This document shows positions 30,272 through 40,200 of a stretch of DNA of 64,000 nt, one piece after another. The notes under the pieces are model-generated. The model was not told the DNA's origin. It worked only from the letters and a program-made list of their open reading frames with translations, and searched no databases. Source of the stretch: Actinomycetes bacterium (lineage in GTDB: Bacteria > Actinomycetota > Acidimicrobiia > Acidimicrobiales > JAMCPL01); the NCBI GenBank assembly GCA_021841005.1, contig JAKBVZ010000010.1, positions 6,302 through 70,301 on the forward strand, given 5' to 3'. Made by a program: the position numbers and the translations under genes. Each line of letters starts with the position of its first letter. Position 1 is the first letter of the stretch.

Positions 30272-30535
30272 TCAGGAGATTGCGGTCAGTATCTTCTTGC
30301 GCTCCGACTCGTTGGTACCACCCCAGATCCCATGCTGTTCCTTGATCCGGATAGCATAGTCGAGGCATTCCTGTCTCACCGAGCACTTGGCACAGATCGC
30401 TTTTGCGGCAGCCTCACGGTTATGCCTGTCATTCCTGCGTTCCCCCTGAAATGGAGCATAAAAAATCCTCGACTGAGGCCCCCTGCACAATGCCCTCTCC
30501 TGCCAACTCGATTCGTAACCGCTGTACAACATCAC
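30272..30535 (-). CDS. whiB: WhiB-family transcriptional regulator
   Basis: Four-Cys cluster (C..C.KC..R.EC) and the GIWGG turn motif; 87 aa. Confidence 0.9.
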   Translation of the reverse strand: MMLYSGYESSWQERALCRGPQSRIFYAPFQGERRNDRHNREAAAKAICAKCSVRQECLDYAIRIKEQHGIWGGTNESERKKILTAIS

Positions 30536-30742
30536 CCAACCCCTCTACTCTTCGACAACACGTCCCGCAAAGCACTGCCTGCACATTGACCGCCGGATCC
30601 ATGAAAGATATAAACACATCCCATTAATCTACGGTATCGTTCCTTATCTGACGCACCTTGGCAATACCAACCTCCACTACCAGAATAGCGGAAAACGCCA
30701 GAATATTCAATAGCTACGACAAGCCATTCTATAATGCTAACC

Positions 30743-30850
30743 ATGTCATACGCTCCAGTTACAGGTCGTTACAACGTTCTAGATACGCTACGGCCACTAT
30801 GCCGTAGCCCGGGGGAGATGCCATACGCTCCAGTTACAGGTCGTTACAAC
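30743..30850 (+). repeat. Variant hairpin element (30776-30817) flanked by a 33-bp direct duplication (32/33 identical, period 75)
   Basis: The duplicated sequence is ATG(T/C)CATACGCTCCAGTTACAGGTCGTTACAAC. The hairpin GCTACGGC-CACTAT-GCCGTAGC carries a compensatory stem pair. Confidence 0.9.
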
Positions 30851-30887
30851 ACTGACCTCCGCAGAGTTGCTACGCTCGGTTGGTAGT

Positions 30888-31955
30888 ATGGACCTTGTAA
30901 CGTTCTTCCGCCAGAATAAAGTTCTCATCGTCGCAGGCAAGGGGGGGGTAGGAAAGAGTACGGTGGCTGCCACCATGGCGCTTGCCAGTGCACGTGCTGG
31001 GATGTCAGCGCTGATAGTGGACCTTGAAGGCAAGACGGCCATCAAGACTGCATTTGGCATGGAAGGATCGCTTGACTATGAAGAAGTACTACTGTATTCA
31101 AGCGGAGCAGGGGCCGCCAGAGCAAGAAGGATCACTCCCGATGATGCACTGCTGGAATATTTGGCGGACCATAGCCTGAAAAGGATATCAAAACGACTGG
31201 TAAGTTCGGGTGCATTGGAAGTCGTTGCCACCGCCATACCAGGTATCAGAGACATTCTCGTACTCGGCAAGATAAAGCAGCTTGAACGACGTGAAATGGC
31301 TGACGTGATCATTGTGGATGCGCCAGCAACCGGCCATGCCATGACTTTTCTCACCTCTGCATCCGGACTCCTTGAAGCTGCACGATCAGGTCCTGTACGT
31401 ACTCAAGCACAAGAAGTGGTCGAGTTCCTATCCGATCCCTCACGCTGCCGGGTAGTGCTAGTGACACTCCCAGAAGAAATGCCTGTAGCAGAAAGTATCG
31501 AGACTGCCTACCAGCTGGAAGATAGAGCAGGCGTCACTCTAGGTCCAGTCATAGTCAACGGATGTCTTGAACCATTACCACCTGCCGACATCTTGAGTGA
31601 AGCCAATAAAAAGTCTTTTCTTGGCTCGCTCCATGGACCATTCAACTTCACTGGTTCGGAAACCATTAAAATTACTCCTTCGATCGACCTCTTGGAAGGC
31701 ATGGCTCAGGCGGCGACATTCCACGATCACCGCCGCATGCAACAGGCTGAGCAACGTCAACGCCTGGCAGAAGAGCTACCATTACCTCAGCTACACCTGC
31801 CATACCTGTTCAGACCATCCTCAGGATTGAACGAACTCCACGCCCTGTCAGAGTCCCTGTCAAGAGGCATTGCCGGTATACCTGATCCAGCTGGCGAGGA
31901 TGCTGATACGTCTGATATGCCCGGCGTACCTGGCAGGAAAGCAACCGAATTATGA
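30888..31955 (+). CDS. ArsA-family P-loop ATPase
   Basis: Deviant Walker A GKGGVGKST. It is the first of a conserved pair. The ORF track starts at TTG 30867. Confidence 0.8.
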   Translation: MDLVTFFRQNKVLIVAGKGGVGKSTVAATMALASARAGMSALIVDLEGKTAIKTAFGMEGSLDYEEVLLYSSGAGAARARRITPDDALLEYLADHSLKRISKRLVSSGALEVVATAIPGIRDILVLGKIKQLERREMADVIIVDAPATGHAMTFLTSASGLLEAARSGPVRTQAQEVVEFLSDPSRCRVVLVTLPEEMPVAESIETAYQLEDRAGVTLGPVIVNGCLEPLPPADILSEANKKSFLGSLHGPFNFTGSETIKITPSIDLLEGMAQAATFHDHRRMQQAEQRQRLAEELPLPQLHLPYLFRPSSGLNELHALSESLSRGIAGIPDPAGEDADTSDMPGVPGRKATEL

Positions 31956-33268
31956 CAGGAGGGCACACCGGGAACGTCCAGCATCCTAATACCCTGGATC
32001 ACCTGACGTCCGAGCATTCGGTCATAGTCTGCTGCGGCTCTGGTGGCGTAGGAAAGACCACCACATCGGCAGCCATAGCGCTGGCTGGCGCCATGTCAGG
32101 TCGCAGAACCTGCGTGGTAACCGTAGACCCGGCGAGAAGGCTGGCCACCGCCCTTGGGATAGAGCAGCTCACCAACACTCCCGTACCTATCTCCCCTGAG
32201 GCACTGGAGCTGCCGCAAGGAGGCGAACTCTGGGCAATGATGCTCGACCCGAAAGCAACCTTTGACGGCCTCATTGACCGGTACGCGCCCAGCAGGCAGC
32301 AGGCCGAGCGGATAATGGAAAATAGGATATACAAAGAGCTCACTTCCGCCCTATCAGGAACTCAGGAATACATGGCAATGGAGAAACTCTACGAACTCGT
32401 AGAGGAGGGAGGATACGACCTTGTCGTAGTGGACACTCCGCCTACACGTAATGCGATAGACTTCCTGGAAGCACCTTCGAGACTCGTGCACTTTCTAGAA
32501 CATCGTCTTTTCAGAATGCTGCTGGCGCCCACCCGCGTATACCTGAAAGCTGTATCTATCGCCACCCAGGCATTCCTTCGTACCATCTCGAAGGTGGCAG
32601 GCGCAGAAATCGTCGACGATGCAGTAGCATTTTTCCAGGCATTCGAAGGTATGGAAGAAGGCTTCCGCACTAGGGCCGAGAAAATGTCCGCCCTGGTCAA
32701 GGAGACCTCTACAGGATTTGTGCTCGTGACATCCCCCCGGCAGGATGCAGTTACCGAGGCGGACTGGTTCGCCAAGAGGTTGCACCAGATGGGTATTGAG
32801 GTAAAGGCCCTGGTGGTGAACCGGACACATCCTATGTTTGTCCAAGGTGAGGAATTGCTCCAGTCGCTTGTCACCACGCACTTGGCTGATGCTCCTACGC
32901 TGCCGGACGGTGGGGCCGGCACCGGCTCTGCAGAGGACTACCTCAAGTCTCTACTGTCGCTCATACCTCCACCAGTCCATACCGAAAATACAGCAATCGT
33001 TACCGACCCCGATACTATCTTCGAGCTACTCCTTGCGAATCTGCTAAGGTACCAGCTCATAGCATTGACCGAACAGCATACGTACTCCGATCTGGCTGCG
33101 CACTTGGCTACTGCCCATCGGCAAGACCCAGATATTGCCGCCGGCTCCACCGCCCCTGCACAGCGGCCCTTTGCCGTGATCAACGTGCCGTTGATGACTG
33201 AGGACGTGCATGATCTCGAAGGACTGAAAGCCATGGCAGGGGCGCTGGCGACTTCCGCGCGCGCTTAG
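31952..33268 (+). CDS. ArsA-family P-loop ATPase
   Basis: Walker A GSGGVGKTT and VVVDTPPT. It overlaps the upstream paralogue's stop. Confidence 0.8.
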   Translation: MTGGHTGNVQHPNTLDHLTSEHSVIVCCGSGGVGKTTTSAAIALAGAMSGRRTCVVTVDPARRLATALGIEQLTNTPVPISPEALELPQGGELWAMMLDPKATFDGLIDRYAPSRQQAERIMENRIYKELTSALSGTQEYMAMEKLYELVEEGGYDLVVVDTPPTRNAIDFLEAPSRLVHFLEHRLFRMLLAPTRVYLKAVSIATQAFLRTISKVAGAEIVDDAVAFFQAFEGMEEGFRTRAEKMSALVKETSTGFVLVTSPRQDAVTEADWFAKRLHQMGIEVKALVVNRTHPMFVQGEELLQSLVTTHLADAPTLPDGGAGTGSAEDYLKSLLSLIPPPVHTENTAIVTDPDTIFELLLANLLRYQLIALTEQHTYSDLAAHLATAHRQDPDIAAGSTAPAQRPFAVINVPLMTEDVHDLEGLKAMAGALATSARA

Positions 33269-33384
33269 AGACTTAAAGGCTCAGCGGGCAATGAAATTAA
33301 ATTCGAGGTTCACTTGCTGTATACTTATCTTGTATAGCTGAGTCGTGAAAATACCTGCAAGAGTTTAAAGCAGGGATGGCTCGC

Positions 33385-33459
33385 CGGGAAGTAGCGCAGT
33401 TTGGTCAGCGCGCAGCGTTTGGGACGCTGAGGCCGGGGGTTCGAATCCCCCCTTCCCGA
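33385..33459 (+). tRNA. tRNA-Pro (anticodon TGG)
   Basis: Hand-folded cloverleaf: acceptor CGGGAAG/CTTCCCG, anticodon stem CAGCG/CGCTG with loop TTTGGGA, T arm GGGGG-TTCGAAT-CCCCC; 75 nt. Confidence 0.9.
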
Positions 33460-33547
33460 CCGCTACATCATCGTCAGTCCGCTGCGGCCACTATGCCGCA
33501 GCTCGTGCATGTTCGAATCCCCCCTTCCCGACCGCTACATCATCGTC
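33439..33547 (+). repeat. 35-bp hairpin element (33476-33510) flanked by a perfect 37-bp duplication of the tRNA-Pro 3' end plus trailer
   Basis: GTTCGAATCCCCCCTTCCCGACCGCTACATCATCGTC occurs at 33439-33475 and 33511-33547. The insert is AGTCCGCTGCGGCCACTATGCCGCAGCTCGTGCAT. Confidence 0.95.
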
Positions 33548-33578
33548 CTACCCGAGCAACCGTTTCGCATCACCGGCT

Positions 33579-34148
33579 TCAGCCGCCGTATTCGAACCCA
33601 AGCTCAGGAGCGCTGAGCAAAGCCCGAAACTGCACACCTGCCGACCCGACCAGCTCACCAGCCACACCACCTCGATCCACGATGGCCAGCGCCAGCACCG
33701 GAACAGCGCCCACGGCCGACACGGCCTCGATGGCCTGCAGCAACGACGCCCCTCTGGTGGCCACATCCTCGACAATCACCACCTTATCATGTGCATCAAG
33801 AGCACCTGCGATGATGCCGCCGGGCCCATGATCCTTGGACTCCTTTCGCACGCTGAACACCTTAAGACCGATGCCGCGTACCGCGGCAACTCCGGCAGTG
33901 ATGAACGCCACTGGATCAGCCCCCATGGTGAGCCCTCCGATAGCATCTGGCAAGGCAGGCATATCCATCAGCACGTCCAGTACTGCGGTTGCTGCGATGA
34001 GCATGCCCGATGGCCTGCAAAGGGTCTGCTTGGCATCTATGAACCACCCGGAGCGCCGGCCAGACTTGAGAATAAAATCACCAGTTCTAACCGAATGCAG
34101 GAGAATGTCCTCTCGAAGAGCATCGACGGTCGGGCGTGTGTCAGCCAT
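33579..34148 (-). CDS. pyrE: Orotate phosphoribosyltransferase
   Basis: PRPP-binding motif KVVIVEDVATRGAS; 189 aa. Confidence 0.85.
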   Translation of the reverse strand: MADTRPTVDALREDILLHSVRTGDFILKSGRRSGWFIDAKQTLCRPSGMLIAATAVLDVLMDMPALPDAIGGLTMGADPVAFITAGVAAVRGIGLKVFSVRKESKDHGPGGIIAGALDAHDKVVIVEDVATRGASLLQAIEAVSAVGAVPVLALAIVDRGGVAGELVGSAGVQFRALLSAPELGFEYGG

Positions 34149-35268
34149 CCATCCCCTCGATGACGACCTTCCCGCTACCTTCCTTCACCCGTCCGATGGC
34201 GCAGACCTCCACCCCTGGTCTGTTCAGGGCATCCAATACGCTGTCCCGTTGCTCTACGCCGGCAATGACGATCATGCCTATCCCGAGATTGAATACCCTA
34301 AGCATCTCCTCTTCCTCCACATCACCCAAGCGCTGTATCTCAGAGAATATCCGGGGTATATCCCACGATGACATGTTGACGATACCGTCACAATCGGGAG
34401 GGAGGACACGCTTCAGATTGCCCGGTATGCCCCCGCCCGTGATATGAGCGATTGCATGAATACCTCCTGTGCTCAGGGCATCACGCACTACTGGCGTGTA
34501 TATGACCGAAGGCAGCAGCAACTCCTGGCCAAGACTGTTGCCGGCTCCCTGCCAGGCTGGATCCTCCAACGACATTCCCGCCCTTCCCAGCAGTACATGG
34601 CGCGCCAGCGTATAGCCGTTCGAACGCAGCCCCGGCGAATGAAGCCCTACCAGCACATCGCCAGGAACGACATTCTGGCTCCCGAGCATCCTGTCAATCT
34701 CCACTACACCGACCGCGAATCCGGCCAGATCGAGCACCCTGCACCGGCCATCGACAGTCGTATCGCTGGCACCACTACCCACATCAGTACCACTCCCGCC
34801 ACCCGCGCCATCTCCATCGCCTATGCCATGCTCGGCAGTTTCCCCTCCTATGAGAGAGCAACCGGCCAGCCGGCATCCTTGCGCTATGCCCGAAACGATC
34901 TCCTCGACAACATCTGGATCCAGCCTTGACACGGCCAGGTAGTCGAGCAAAAAAAGCGGTTCCGCTCCAGTGCATACCAGGTCATCCACGCACATGGCCA
35001 CCAGGTCAATGCCTATTCCACCAAAAGCCGACATCGCCTGTGCAACTTGCAGCTTGGTGCCTACGCCATCAGTGCTGGAAACAAGGACTGGCCGGTCGTA
35101 TGCACCCGGTGCCAGTGCAAAGCAGCCTGCAAAGCCCCCCAGTGATCCGAGGACTCCCGTACGCCTGGTCGACTCGGTTACCTTGCCTATGCGTTCCACG
35201 ATCATCTCGGCGGCATCCAGGCTGACGCCCGCCTGCTCGTAGGTGACCGGTCTGACATCGAGAGACAC
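34141..35268 (-). CDS. purM: Phosphoribosylformylglycinamidine cyclo-ligase (AIR synthetase)
   Basis: PurM motifs (YEQAGVSLD, STDGVGTK, AHITGGG) and a GTG start. Confidence 0.9.
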   Translation of the reverse strand: MSLDVRPVTYEQAGVSLDAAEMIVERIGKVTESTRRTGVLGSLGGFAGCFALAPGAYDRPVLVSSTDGVGTKLQVAQAMSAFGGIGIDLVAMCVDDLVCTGAEPLFLLDYLAVSRLDPDVVEEIVSGIAQGCRLAGCSLIGGETAEHGIGDGDGAGGGSGTDVGSGASDTTVDGRCRVLDLAGFAVGVVEIDRMLGSQNVVPGDVLVGLHSPGLRSNGYTLARHVLLGRAGMSLEDPAWQGAGNSLGQELLLPSVIYTPVVRDALSTGGIHAIAHITGGGIPGNLKRVLPPDCDGIVNMSSWDIPRIFSEIQRLGDVEEEEMLRVFNLGIGMIVIAGVEQRDSVLDALNRPGVEVCAIGRVKEGSGKVVIEGMDG

Positions 35269-35276
35269 GGCGCTTG

Positions 35277-36992
35277 CTATCTTACTCTTGCACGAAGGCG
35301 CACACCGGGAATCAGCCGCGGTATATCTTCATCTGCATCTGCAATGGCTGTGCCGGCATGCTCCGTACCGGTGTCATTTGTGCCGGCATGCTCAGTACCG
35401 CCGACACCCAGCCGGAGCGCCTTATCCCTTACCGGTACCGGATACTCTCCGGTCAGGCAGGCGGTACAGAAACCTCCACCGGGCACTCCAATGGCCTTGT
35501 AGAGGCCTTCAAGGCTCAAGTAAGCGAGCGAGTCGACTCCCAGGTATCCTTCTATTTCTCTGACCGTCCTGTTGGACGCCAGCAACTCTGATCTCTCAGG
35601 GGTATCTATGCCATAAAAGCACGGCCACCGGAAGGGTGGGGAAGAGATACGTAAGTGCACCTCCCTGGCTCCTGATTCCTTGAGCATCCTCACCATCTCC
35701 CGGGTAGTGGTCCCTCTCACGATCGAGTCATCCACTACGACGAGCCGCTTCCCTGAGATGGATTCCTTCAGCGGGTTGAGCTTGCGCCTTACGCCTCTAA
35801 CCCGGGCCATCTGGCCAGGAGTGATAAACGTACGCCCGATATAGCGGTTCTTTACAAGTCCTTGGCCGTAAGGGATGCCGCTTGCCTTGGAGTAGCCCTC
35901 TGCTGCGGGGACACCCGAATCTGGAACGCCCATCACCATATCTGCACGAACGGGTAACTCGGCTGCCAGGTACTCACCCATCCTCCTCCTCGCCCCATGC
36001 ACCTCGGTTCCGTAAAGATTGCTGTCAGGCCGCGCAAAGTAGACAAACTCGAATATGCACAGGTGCGGATCGCCGGCTCCCGCAGGCGACAGACGCAGCG
36101 ACCGCACCCCGCCCGCATCTATCACCACCAATTCACCCGGCTCGATCTCACGCAGGAACCTTGCTCCGATCACATCCAGAGCAGGCGTCTCAGAGGCAAG
36201 GACATAGCCTGGTTCCCCACCTGCTACACCTACTCCACCCTCCAGAGGTCTGCTGCGGCCACTATGCCGCAGCCCGTGCACTGGTTCCCCACCTGCTACA
36301 CCTACTCCACCCTCCAGTCCACCTGGTACGCCTGATCCCCGCTCACCATCTCTGGATACACCGTTCGATCCATTACCTGGCAGCACACCGAGGCACAGCG
36401 GCCGGAAGCCGTCCGGATCCCTCGCTCCGAAGATATGCTTGGCATCCATCGCTACAAACGAGTAGGCACCCTGCAGCCTGGGGAGCACTTCCACCATCGC
36501 CGCTTCCAACAACCCATCATTACCGGTACCGGCTCCTGTCCCAGCCCCCCTGGACGCCATTGCTCGCACTACAGCCTTGGAAAGCAGCTCCATCACAAAA
36601 TCGGAATCGGTGGTCAACACCTCCGGTATCATCCCAGCTTCCAGCCCAAGCTCCTCCACGTTGGTCAGGTTGCCATTGTGCGCAAGAGCCAGTGAAGCAC
36701 TCCCGACCGACCTGAATACCGGCTGGGCATTCCGCCACGTCGAATCGCCGGCAGTGGAATAGCGAGTATGGCCTATAGCAATACTTCCCGGCAGGCAACC
36801 GATGGTGCGCTCGTCGAAGACCGACGATACGAGGCCCATGTCTTTCACTACGGTTACAAGCTCGCCGTCACTCACGGCCATACCTGCTGATTCCTGGCCA
36901 CGGTGCTGCAGTGAATACAGGCCGTCAAAAGTAAGCTGTGCCGCTCGATAACCGGGGGCATACACCGCAAACACCCCGCAGGCCTCCTTCAT
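35277..36992 (-). CDS. purF: Amidophosphoribosyltransferase
   Basis: Propeptide plus N-terminal Cys (MKEACGVFAV), PRTase motif VVVDDSIVRGTT. It carries a 72-bp in-frame insertion at 36209-36317 and a long C-terminal tail. Confidence 0.9.
   Translation of the reverse strand: MKEACGVFAVYAPGYRAAQLTFDGLYSLQHRGQESAGMAVSDGELVTVVKDMGLVSSVFDERTIGCLPGSIAIGHTRYSTAGDSTWRNAQPVFRSVGSASLALAHNGNLTNVEELGLEAGMIPEVLTTDSDFVMELLSKAVVRAMASRGAGTGAGTGNDGLLEAAMVEVLPRLQGAYSFVAMDAKHIFGARDPDGFRPLCLGVLPGNGSNGVSRDGERGSGVPGGLEGGVGVAGGEPVHGLRHSGRSRPLEGGVGVAGGEPGYVLASETPALDVIGARFLREIEPGELVVIDAGGVRSLRLSPAGAGDPHLCIFEFVYFARPDSNLYGTEVHGARRRMGEYLAAELPVRADMVMGVPDSGVPAAEGYSKASGIPYGQGLVKNRYIGRTFITPGQMARVRGVRRKLNPLKESISGKRLVVVDDSIVRGTTTREMVRMLKESGAREVHLRISSPPFRWPCFYGIDTPERSELLASNRTVREIEGYLGVDSLAYLSLEGLYKAIGVPGGGFCTACLTGEYPVPVRDKALRLGVGGTEHAGTNDTGTEHAGTAIADADEDIPRLIPGVRLRARVR
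36209..36317 (+). repeat. 35-bp hairpin element (36246-36280) flanked by a perfect 37-bp duplication, in frame inside purF
   Basis: CTGGTTCCCCACCTGCTACACCTACTCCACCCTCCAG occurs at 36209-36245 and 36281-36317. The insert is AGGTCTGCTGCGGCCACTATGCCGCAGCCCGTGCA. The 72-bp total equals 24 codons. Confidence 0.95.
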
Positions 36993-37260
36993 CTTCCGAT
37001 CACCTCGACGCTGGCAACATACTCCATACGGTAGACCAGTGTACTAAGACCCCGAACTAGTGGAAACGCCATCGCCGGCACGTACAGCAGTGGACAAGTC
37101 AGAAGATTGCTCTCCTCTTCTGGCGATCCTGTACGGCTCTTATTCACCACCAATAGACTAGCCTCTCTTACGCCGCTCTGCACTACCGTGAGCCAATAAG
37201 TAAGCGTCAAGAGCTGAAAACCGGTTGCGGGCACCCACGGGTCCGGCGCTCGAAGATCAA

Positions 37261-37276
37261 AGACGGCATACCGTCT
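37261..37276 (-). terminator. Possible weak intrinsic terminator downstream of the mprF-like gene
   Basis: AGACGG-cata-CCGTCT hairpin, followed on the minus strand by TTGATCTT. The stem is short and the U tract is poor. Confidence 0.3.
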
Positions 37277-37290
37277 GTAGAAGCCCCGGA

Positions 37291-40200
37291 TTACCCATTC
37301 TGCCGGGATGGCCGCTGTGCTGACCGGTCAGTCGCAGAACGGTTGGCAACCGAGATCAGCTTACCGACCACTGGAAAATCCACCAGCGCCTCAGCCCTGA
37401 AACAGGCCAAGCCAATGGGGAGGGCATATTCAGGGGAATCAAACACGACGTAGCGAGGATACCACTCCGGTCTGTACTTAGCATTGAATTTGAGCAGGGA
37501 CTCCATCTGCATCACGTTGGACATCCTCTTGTAGGCCCAATGCTGGAAACGCTGCGTTGCTCCACTGCCTCTCTCCCGGTCAAAGACCGCCCGCATCGCC
37601 GCAAAATTCAAGCTGAGCTTTTCCTTTCCCATCTTAGCGAGATGAAAAATGGTAAAGCAGAGGGCGAAATCTATCAATCCATTGGGATGTCCACCTTCCT
37701 TGTCCCATCTCATGAGATCCAGAGAGAAGCCATTTACAGCTGGAGCAGGCACGAAATGGCACAGGGCAGCAATCTTCCCGCCAGGATCCCGCACGACGCA
37801 GATCAGGGTACCCTCGTCCCTGGCATCGCATATCCTGCCCAGCATCATGGAAAATCCGCGCTCCACGTTTCCCCTCCTGGCCGCTTCGAGCAGGGGCTGT
37901 ATCTCATCAAGGAACGTGGTGCACCGCACGGCTGCACCCTTCTCACCTGGTTCCTCACCGGCACCGCTCTTGGTGACAAACTCCCCCCCCGACAGCTCGA
38001 ACAGAGCTGCACTGTACCCTTTGTTCTGAACGCGGTTGTAGGCTTGGCGGAGCCCCTTCATTGAGTTGCCTTTCAACGAGAATTGCTGGACATCCACTAT
38101 ACCCTCGTCTCCAATATACATATATCGCATACCACTATGCTGGTAGATCGGCAACCACTCCTCAGAGGCACCGATAATGGCTATCACCCACCCCTGCCGA
38201 TCAGCCATCTGTTTGAATGCCTGCCACGCCAACTCCCTCTCGCTGTACGGCCCTATTGGATCCGGCGAGACAACGCATACGCCGCTGATTACGCCATAAG
38301 CAATCACGGAGTTCCTGAAGAAGAACCACGTCTTGTCGTCCCTGAGAGCGAAAAAGTCTAGAGTACCACCCCCGTAACGCTCTACGATATTCCTTGCCCT
38401 GATGGCATCCATCTCGGGATCACGATGCAGTAGATGCACTCCACCCGACAGCACAGGACGCGTAATGACCCAGGTGAGCACGGCAACAAGCACAAAACCC
38501 GTAGCCAGCAACGCCGGCGAAAGGAAGCTGTCCAGGCGGTGAGGCAACGTTATCTCGTGAACTCCCACCAATCTTGCAGCAACAGCTTCGAAGGCGGTAA
38601 CGATGCTCAAGCCATTACGTGATCCGTCGCTGTCCACGCGAGGCGCGTATACCACGACTGCCGTTGCGACAACCACAACGCTCAGACAACCTCCAAGGAT
38701 CCATAGCAGCGTATTCTGGATATACGCCAAGTCCATGGATGCCCTGAAATAGCTACGGTTCAAGACAAGGAAAACCAGAGCGGCAGCCGTGAGCAACATG
38801 GCAACAAGACTGCCGCCTCTTATAAGATGGAACGCCAGGGAAGCAGCAAGCACCATAACAGCAATCCGGTAGGCATTCTTCTGCCCTCTTCTGATTCCTC
38901 GTGCAAGAGCGAGTAGGGACAGGCCTGTCAGCACGATCAGCGCTCCGGCAGCCTGGGCAGCCACCAGTGGAAGCACCTGCAATACAATATGCATACGCTC
39001 CCTGAGCGGCGGAACCACGCCTGATATGAAATCAGTGAGACCCGCTATTCCTATGGCAACTGCGGCTACACGCCTTACCCGTGCGGCACTGCGGTGTGAC
39101 CTGAGTGCCTCCATGGCCTGCTCTCCACGGGGCCAAGTCATCCCCGGTTGCCCCGCCATCCCCGGTTGCCCCGCCATCCCTGACGACCATGTGGCAGCAA
39201 GCTCAGGATGCCGCGCGGGTTCGCAGCCATAATGTCGCTGTAGGATCCTCTCCAGCCAGTAAGGAGATCTTACCGGCTCCCTGCCCACGAAAAGCCTTAC
39301 CCTTAGCTCCGCTCCACCCTCCAACTCGATCCAGGATGCTTGTGCCGCATCGACAAAGATCGATGGAAGCCCGAAGTGGGCAGGATATTCATGCGTCACC
39401 GTACTGACACTTCCTGAACAGGCAAAGAACCGCTCGCCCTGCGAGGTGCTCGCCGATTCATCCCGAACGGCGCCTTGGTATGACAGCTCAGGTTCGAGGG
39501 AGGCACCCGTGATAAATCCTTCATAACCATCAGCCAGCACCCAGCGTGCATAGCTCCTGATTGGATCGTTGATTATGCCGGTACTGGGCAGCAGACCAGC
39601 AGATCTGCCAGCAAGCCCCGATCCATCTGTATCGCCGTTTGCCGCCACTGTGGCTTTCCATACCTTATGGGTAAGCCAGAGAACCGCAACGGCAAACAAC
39701 GCAACCTCCACCAGCAGGCCGCCTATTGCAGTTGCCAGTCTCACACCCCACTGGAATCTGTAGACATTCATCACCACTTTTCTCGGAGCCGGATGCGATC
39801 TTAGGGCATGGGAGAGCAAAACCACCACGACTGGTATCTTCAGCGCCACGACTATGAGAATCGGGAGGAGTAGCACCCACGCATACTTGCTGAGTCTCCT
39901 GTAGACAAGGCGGGACAGTACAAAGCGCTTGGTGGCAGTGAGGTCGGACAGCCTGGACACGCCTTTGTCCAACTTGCCGTGCCGTAAATCTGGGTCACTC
40001 TCACCCGGACGTTTCTCCATCATGCTAGAGAGTGCGGCTGAACCCGCCTCCACATGTACCACCCTGTCACCATTCGCAGTATGAAATATAAGATCAGCTA
40101 CGGGCATCACTTCGAGTCCCATGGAACGTAGACGTTCTGCAACTGGACCACCCTCGTAACTCTCATGGCCACCTGCGCGTTCTTGCCTGCCGGCCACTCC

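Noticed and set aside
32028-32040. An extra partial copy of the hairpin element (GTCTGCTGCGGC)
   Set aside because: The 12-mer lies within the P-loop coding sequence (VCCGSGGVGKT) of the ArsA-like gene and has no second stem arm. It is a chance or coding-driven match.
33439-33547. attL/attR of an integrated element at the tRNA-Pro 3' end
   Set aside because: Only 35 bp separate the two copies and no integrase is nearby. The identical 37+35+37 geometry with the same insert also occurs inside purF, which is not a tRNA-type att site.
36209-36317. A simple tandem duplication, an intein or an intron in purF
   Set aside because: The sequence after the second 37-mer does not repeat the insert, so this is not an A-X-A-X tandem duplication. 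At 72 bp it is far too short for an intein or a group I/II intron, and no splicing motifs are present.
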